Below are positions 16,973-19,196 of a DNA stretch of 19,196 bases, one piece after another (within the stretch, counting starts at the first letter, position 1; the number at the start of each line of letters is the position of its first letter). Where the stretch lies: contig JAYEKO010000030.1 of the NCBI GenBank assembly GCA_034661055.1, positions 1 to 19,196 on the forward strand, written 5' to 3'. The notes below the pieces were generated by a model. That model was not told where the DNA came from and ran no database searches. It was given only the letters and a program-made list of their open reading frames with translations. Position numbers and translations under genes: made by a program. Source of the DNA: Campylobacterota bacterium (lineage in GTDB: Bacteria > Campylobacterota > Campylobacteria > Campylobacterales > Sulfurimonadaceae).

Positions 16973-16987
16973 AGGCTCAGCTGATCT

Positions 16988-17689
16988 ATGAAGTTAATAA
17001 ATAAGAGTATATTACTTGTTGAAGATGAAGATGGTGTCCGCAATAACATCGCCCAATTTTTACGTTTTACCTATAGTGATGTTATTGAAGCCTCTAACGG
17101 TGTAGAAGCACTGGAGTACTACTATGACACTATACCCGATCTTATTATTACCGACTTGCATATGCCACAGATGGATGGATTTTCTCTTATTGAGGCCATA
17201 CGTCAAGAAGATCCTCTCTTGCCTATAGTAGTTATTAGTACTCACTCAGAAAAAGATAAACTTTTACGCTCTATTAAACTCCACTTAGTTGACTACATCA
17301 TTAAGCCAATTACAAGATCCAAGCTTAAAGAGGTGTTGTCACTCGCCTTTAAAGATGAGGAGAGATCTAATATTGTCGTTCTTGATGACAACTACAGTTT
17401 TGATCTTACTCACAAAGTACTCTTTAAAAATGAAAATCGCATTGAGCTCAGTCGTAAACAAAACCTAATAATAGAACTTTTAGTTCTTCACAAAAATCAT
17501 ACCGTTTCTGGCGAAGATATCTTTTTTCATGCTAATCAAGAAAACTATACTCTTGAATACTCCAATGCACCCATACGTAATCAAATTCAACGTATTCGCC
17601 ATGCAGTGCCAGATTTACTCATTAAAACAGTCTATGGTAGTGGTTACATACTTACAGTATCTAATACTTTAAACGATACTAAAAAATGA
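16988..17689 (+). CDS. OmpR/PhoB-family response regulator
   Basis: LLVEDE, DLIITDLHMPQMDG, DYIIKP, winged-helix end IKTVYGSGY. Confidence 0.93.
   Translation: MKLINKSILLVEDEDGVRNNIAQFLRFTYSDVIEASNGVEALEYYYDTIPDLIITDLHMPQMDGFSLIEAIRQEDPLLPIVVISTHSEKDKLLRSIKLHLVDYIIKPITRSKLKEVLSLAFKDEERSNIVVLDDNYSFDLTHKVLFKNENRIELSRKQNLIIELLVLHKNHTVSGEDIFFHANQENYTLEYSNAPIRNQIQRIRHAVPDLLIKTVYGSGYILTVSNTLNDTKK
17653..17679 (+). promoter_or_regulatory. Candidate sigma28 promoter for the FliK-domain gene
   Basis: TACA-N15-AACGATAC versus consensus TAAA-N15-GCCGATAA; the ATG follows 6 nt later. Confidence 0.4.
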
Positions 17690-19196
17690 TTAATCTCTCA
17701 ACAGGCAAGCAACTTGGTATTATTCTTCCTAACACTAACAAGGCGTTAGCAGAAGTTTTAAATAACATCTCACCTAAAGAGCTTGAGGTAATATCGCAAG
17801 GAAAAGACCTTAAGACAGTGATGAGTTCTCTTTTGCAACAGAGTTCTCAAAATCCAAAATCTGATCAGGTTCTTTTAGAGCTACTAAAAAATAATCCAAC
17901 ACTAAAAAGTCTTGGTAACGTTACTGATACCGTCAAGGAGTTGTTAAATACTCTTAAATCAGATAAGAATCCACTGCCTGTTGAAAAAGTGCTTAAAAAC
18001 TTTCTTATTGATATGAAGCAGTTAAGTGAGCCTCTATTAAAAGAGAAGCTTAGTAATTCAGGCGTTTTTTTAGAGTCTAAAATTAAAAATGTTCAAAATC
18101 CTCAAGTAGAGCTTAAAAACAGTCTTGAAGCTATCGTAAAAATTTTAGACCAAAGTAGTATCCCCGCTGTCAAAGCAGTTGCAGCCCCCATTAAAGAGCT
18201 ACTCTCCTCTAAGGTTCTTCAAGACGTAAACAATATGACACTGACGCAAACAGTAAAAAATGAGACAGCACCACTACAACAGCTAAGTAAGAGCATTGAA
18301 GCAGTCGTAGCAAAACTACAGATTTTTTTAAAAGATGCCGATCCCATCAGCAGTAAAAACATCACAGTACAACTCAGTAAGCTCGAACACCTTATTGAAC
18401 CTAAGATGCTTAAATCCGAAAATTTTCAGCTTGCGCCTCTGCAAGAGAGCTTGCAACAGCTCGCCTCTTCACTTGCTCAAAGTAAACAATTTGAGGCTAA
18501 AGGGCTCTTTAATATTTTAGACAAAGTTATTCAGGTACTGCAGGTAATTCAGCAAAGTAGCAACACTCCAAAAGCTGCACTTCAACAGATTTTTGAGAAC
18601 AATATTCCTCAGAGTATTCGTAGTGTCGTGGAGCCACTTAAAGTAGTTATTGAAAAAATTGATCCCATATTTTCTAAAGAGAGTACGGTTCTCATTAATA
18701 AACTATCATCACTAAGCACACCTGAGAAGCTAATGACACAGCACAATGTCAAAGAGATACTTGCTAATGACCTAAAATCAGTACTGCTTCAAGCTGGTGA
18801 TGAAATAGCAAAGTCTAATCACCCCAATCAGACGGAACTTTTAAAACATATTGATAAACTATCTTTACAGATTGATTATCATCAGATGATGTCGCATCTC
18901 TCTAATGCCTCATCTCTGTATTTACCATTTTCATGGGATATGCTTGAAGAGGGAAATATAACACTGCAACACTCTAAAGAGAATAAGTTTTATTGCGATA
19001 TTGAACTAAAACTCAAAGAGTACGGCGAATTAAACCTAAGACTTGAACTTTATGATAAAAACCAACTCAATTTACATGTATATTCTAAAAGTGATGATTT
19101 AAAGACACTTATTAAAGAGAATATTCCCTTGCTTCGCAGTGCTTTAATCGATTCAGAAATCACACCAAGAGAGATACGAATTTTTAATGAAAAACC
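17686..19196 (+). CDS. FliK C-terminal (hook-length control-like) domain protein; runs off the window end
   Basis: Not in the ORF track; read by hand. ATG 17686 overlaps the regulator stop (ATGA); MINLSTGKQLGIILPNTNKAL..NSGVFLESK..DLKSVLL..YLPFSWDMLEEG..FYCDIELKLKEYGELNLRL..IKENIPLLRSAL; frame open to the window end. Confidence 0.75.
   Translation, partial: MINLSTGKQLGIILPNTNKALAEVLNNISPKELEVISQGKDLKTVMSSLLQQSSQNPKSDQVLLELLKNNPTLKSLGNVTDTVKELLNTLKSDKNPLPVEKVLKNFLIDMKQLSEPLLKEKLSNSGVFLESKIKNVQNPQVELKNSLEAIVKILDQSSIPAVKAVAAPIKELLSSKVLQDVNNMTLTQTVKNETAPLQQLSKSIEAVVAKLQIFLKDADPISSKNITVQLSKLEHLIEPKMLKSENFQLAPLQESLQQLASSLAQSKQFEAKGLFNILDKVIQVLQVIQQSSNTPKAALQQIFENNIPQSIRSVVEPLKVVIEKIDPIFSKESTVLINKLSSLSTPEKLMTQHNVKEILANDLKSVLLQAGDEIAKSNHPNQTELLKHIDKLSLQIDYHQMMSHLSNASSLYLPFSWDMLEEGNITLQHSKENKFYCDIELKLKEYGELNLRLELYDKNQLNLHVYSKSDDLKTLIKENIPLLRSALIDSEITPREIRIFNEK

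Noticed and set aside
3972..18520. Short 60-110 aa ORFs in the track (e.g. 3972-4166, 5765-6097, 10750-10959, 13068-13274, 15409-15606, 18335-18520)
   Set aside because: All lie within, antisense to, or largely overlapping well-supported genes and show no recognisable motifs.
1..19196. CRISPR array, tRNA/rRNA, IS or prophage
   Set aside because: No regularly spaced repeats, RNA gene signatures, transposase, integrase or phage genes seen; almost all of the sequence is accounted for by CDSs.

Overview
AT-rich chromosomal window from a Campylobacterota bacterium, probably Sulfurimonas-like (inferred from gene content and synteny). The left part is a conserved minus-strand block: rpsB (with a structured S2/t44-type leader), tsf, an orphan ABC ATPase, fliR and a highly acidic pseudo-receiver protein. 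This is the order known from C. jejuni Cj1182c-Cj1178c, here interrupted by a degenerate PLD-like gene. The middle (5.0-14.4 kb) looks accessory. It holds two large secreted mosaic proteins that share a 139-aa internal module (84% aa identity, 102 bp perfectly identical), similar 5' leaders and Cys-flanked C-terminal MORN-variant domains but differ in central cargo; one cargo is a C39/papain-like peptidase. Next come a Ca-binding-motif protein with a candidate sigma54 promoter and a divergent orphan parA-parB pair. The palindrome TTTACATGTAAA recurs next to the parA promoter, inside parB and kilobases away on both sides; it is a candidate parS-like site or a genome-wide iterated palindrome. 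The right part encodes a sensor kinase with two periplasmic binding domains, an OmpR-family regulator and a partial FliK-domain protein. No tRNA, rRNA, CRISPR, transposase or integrase was seen.
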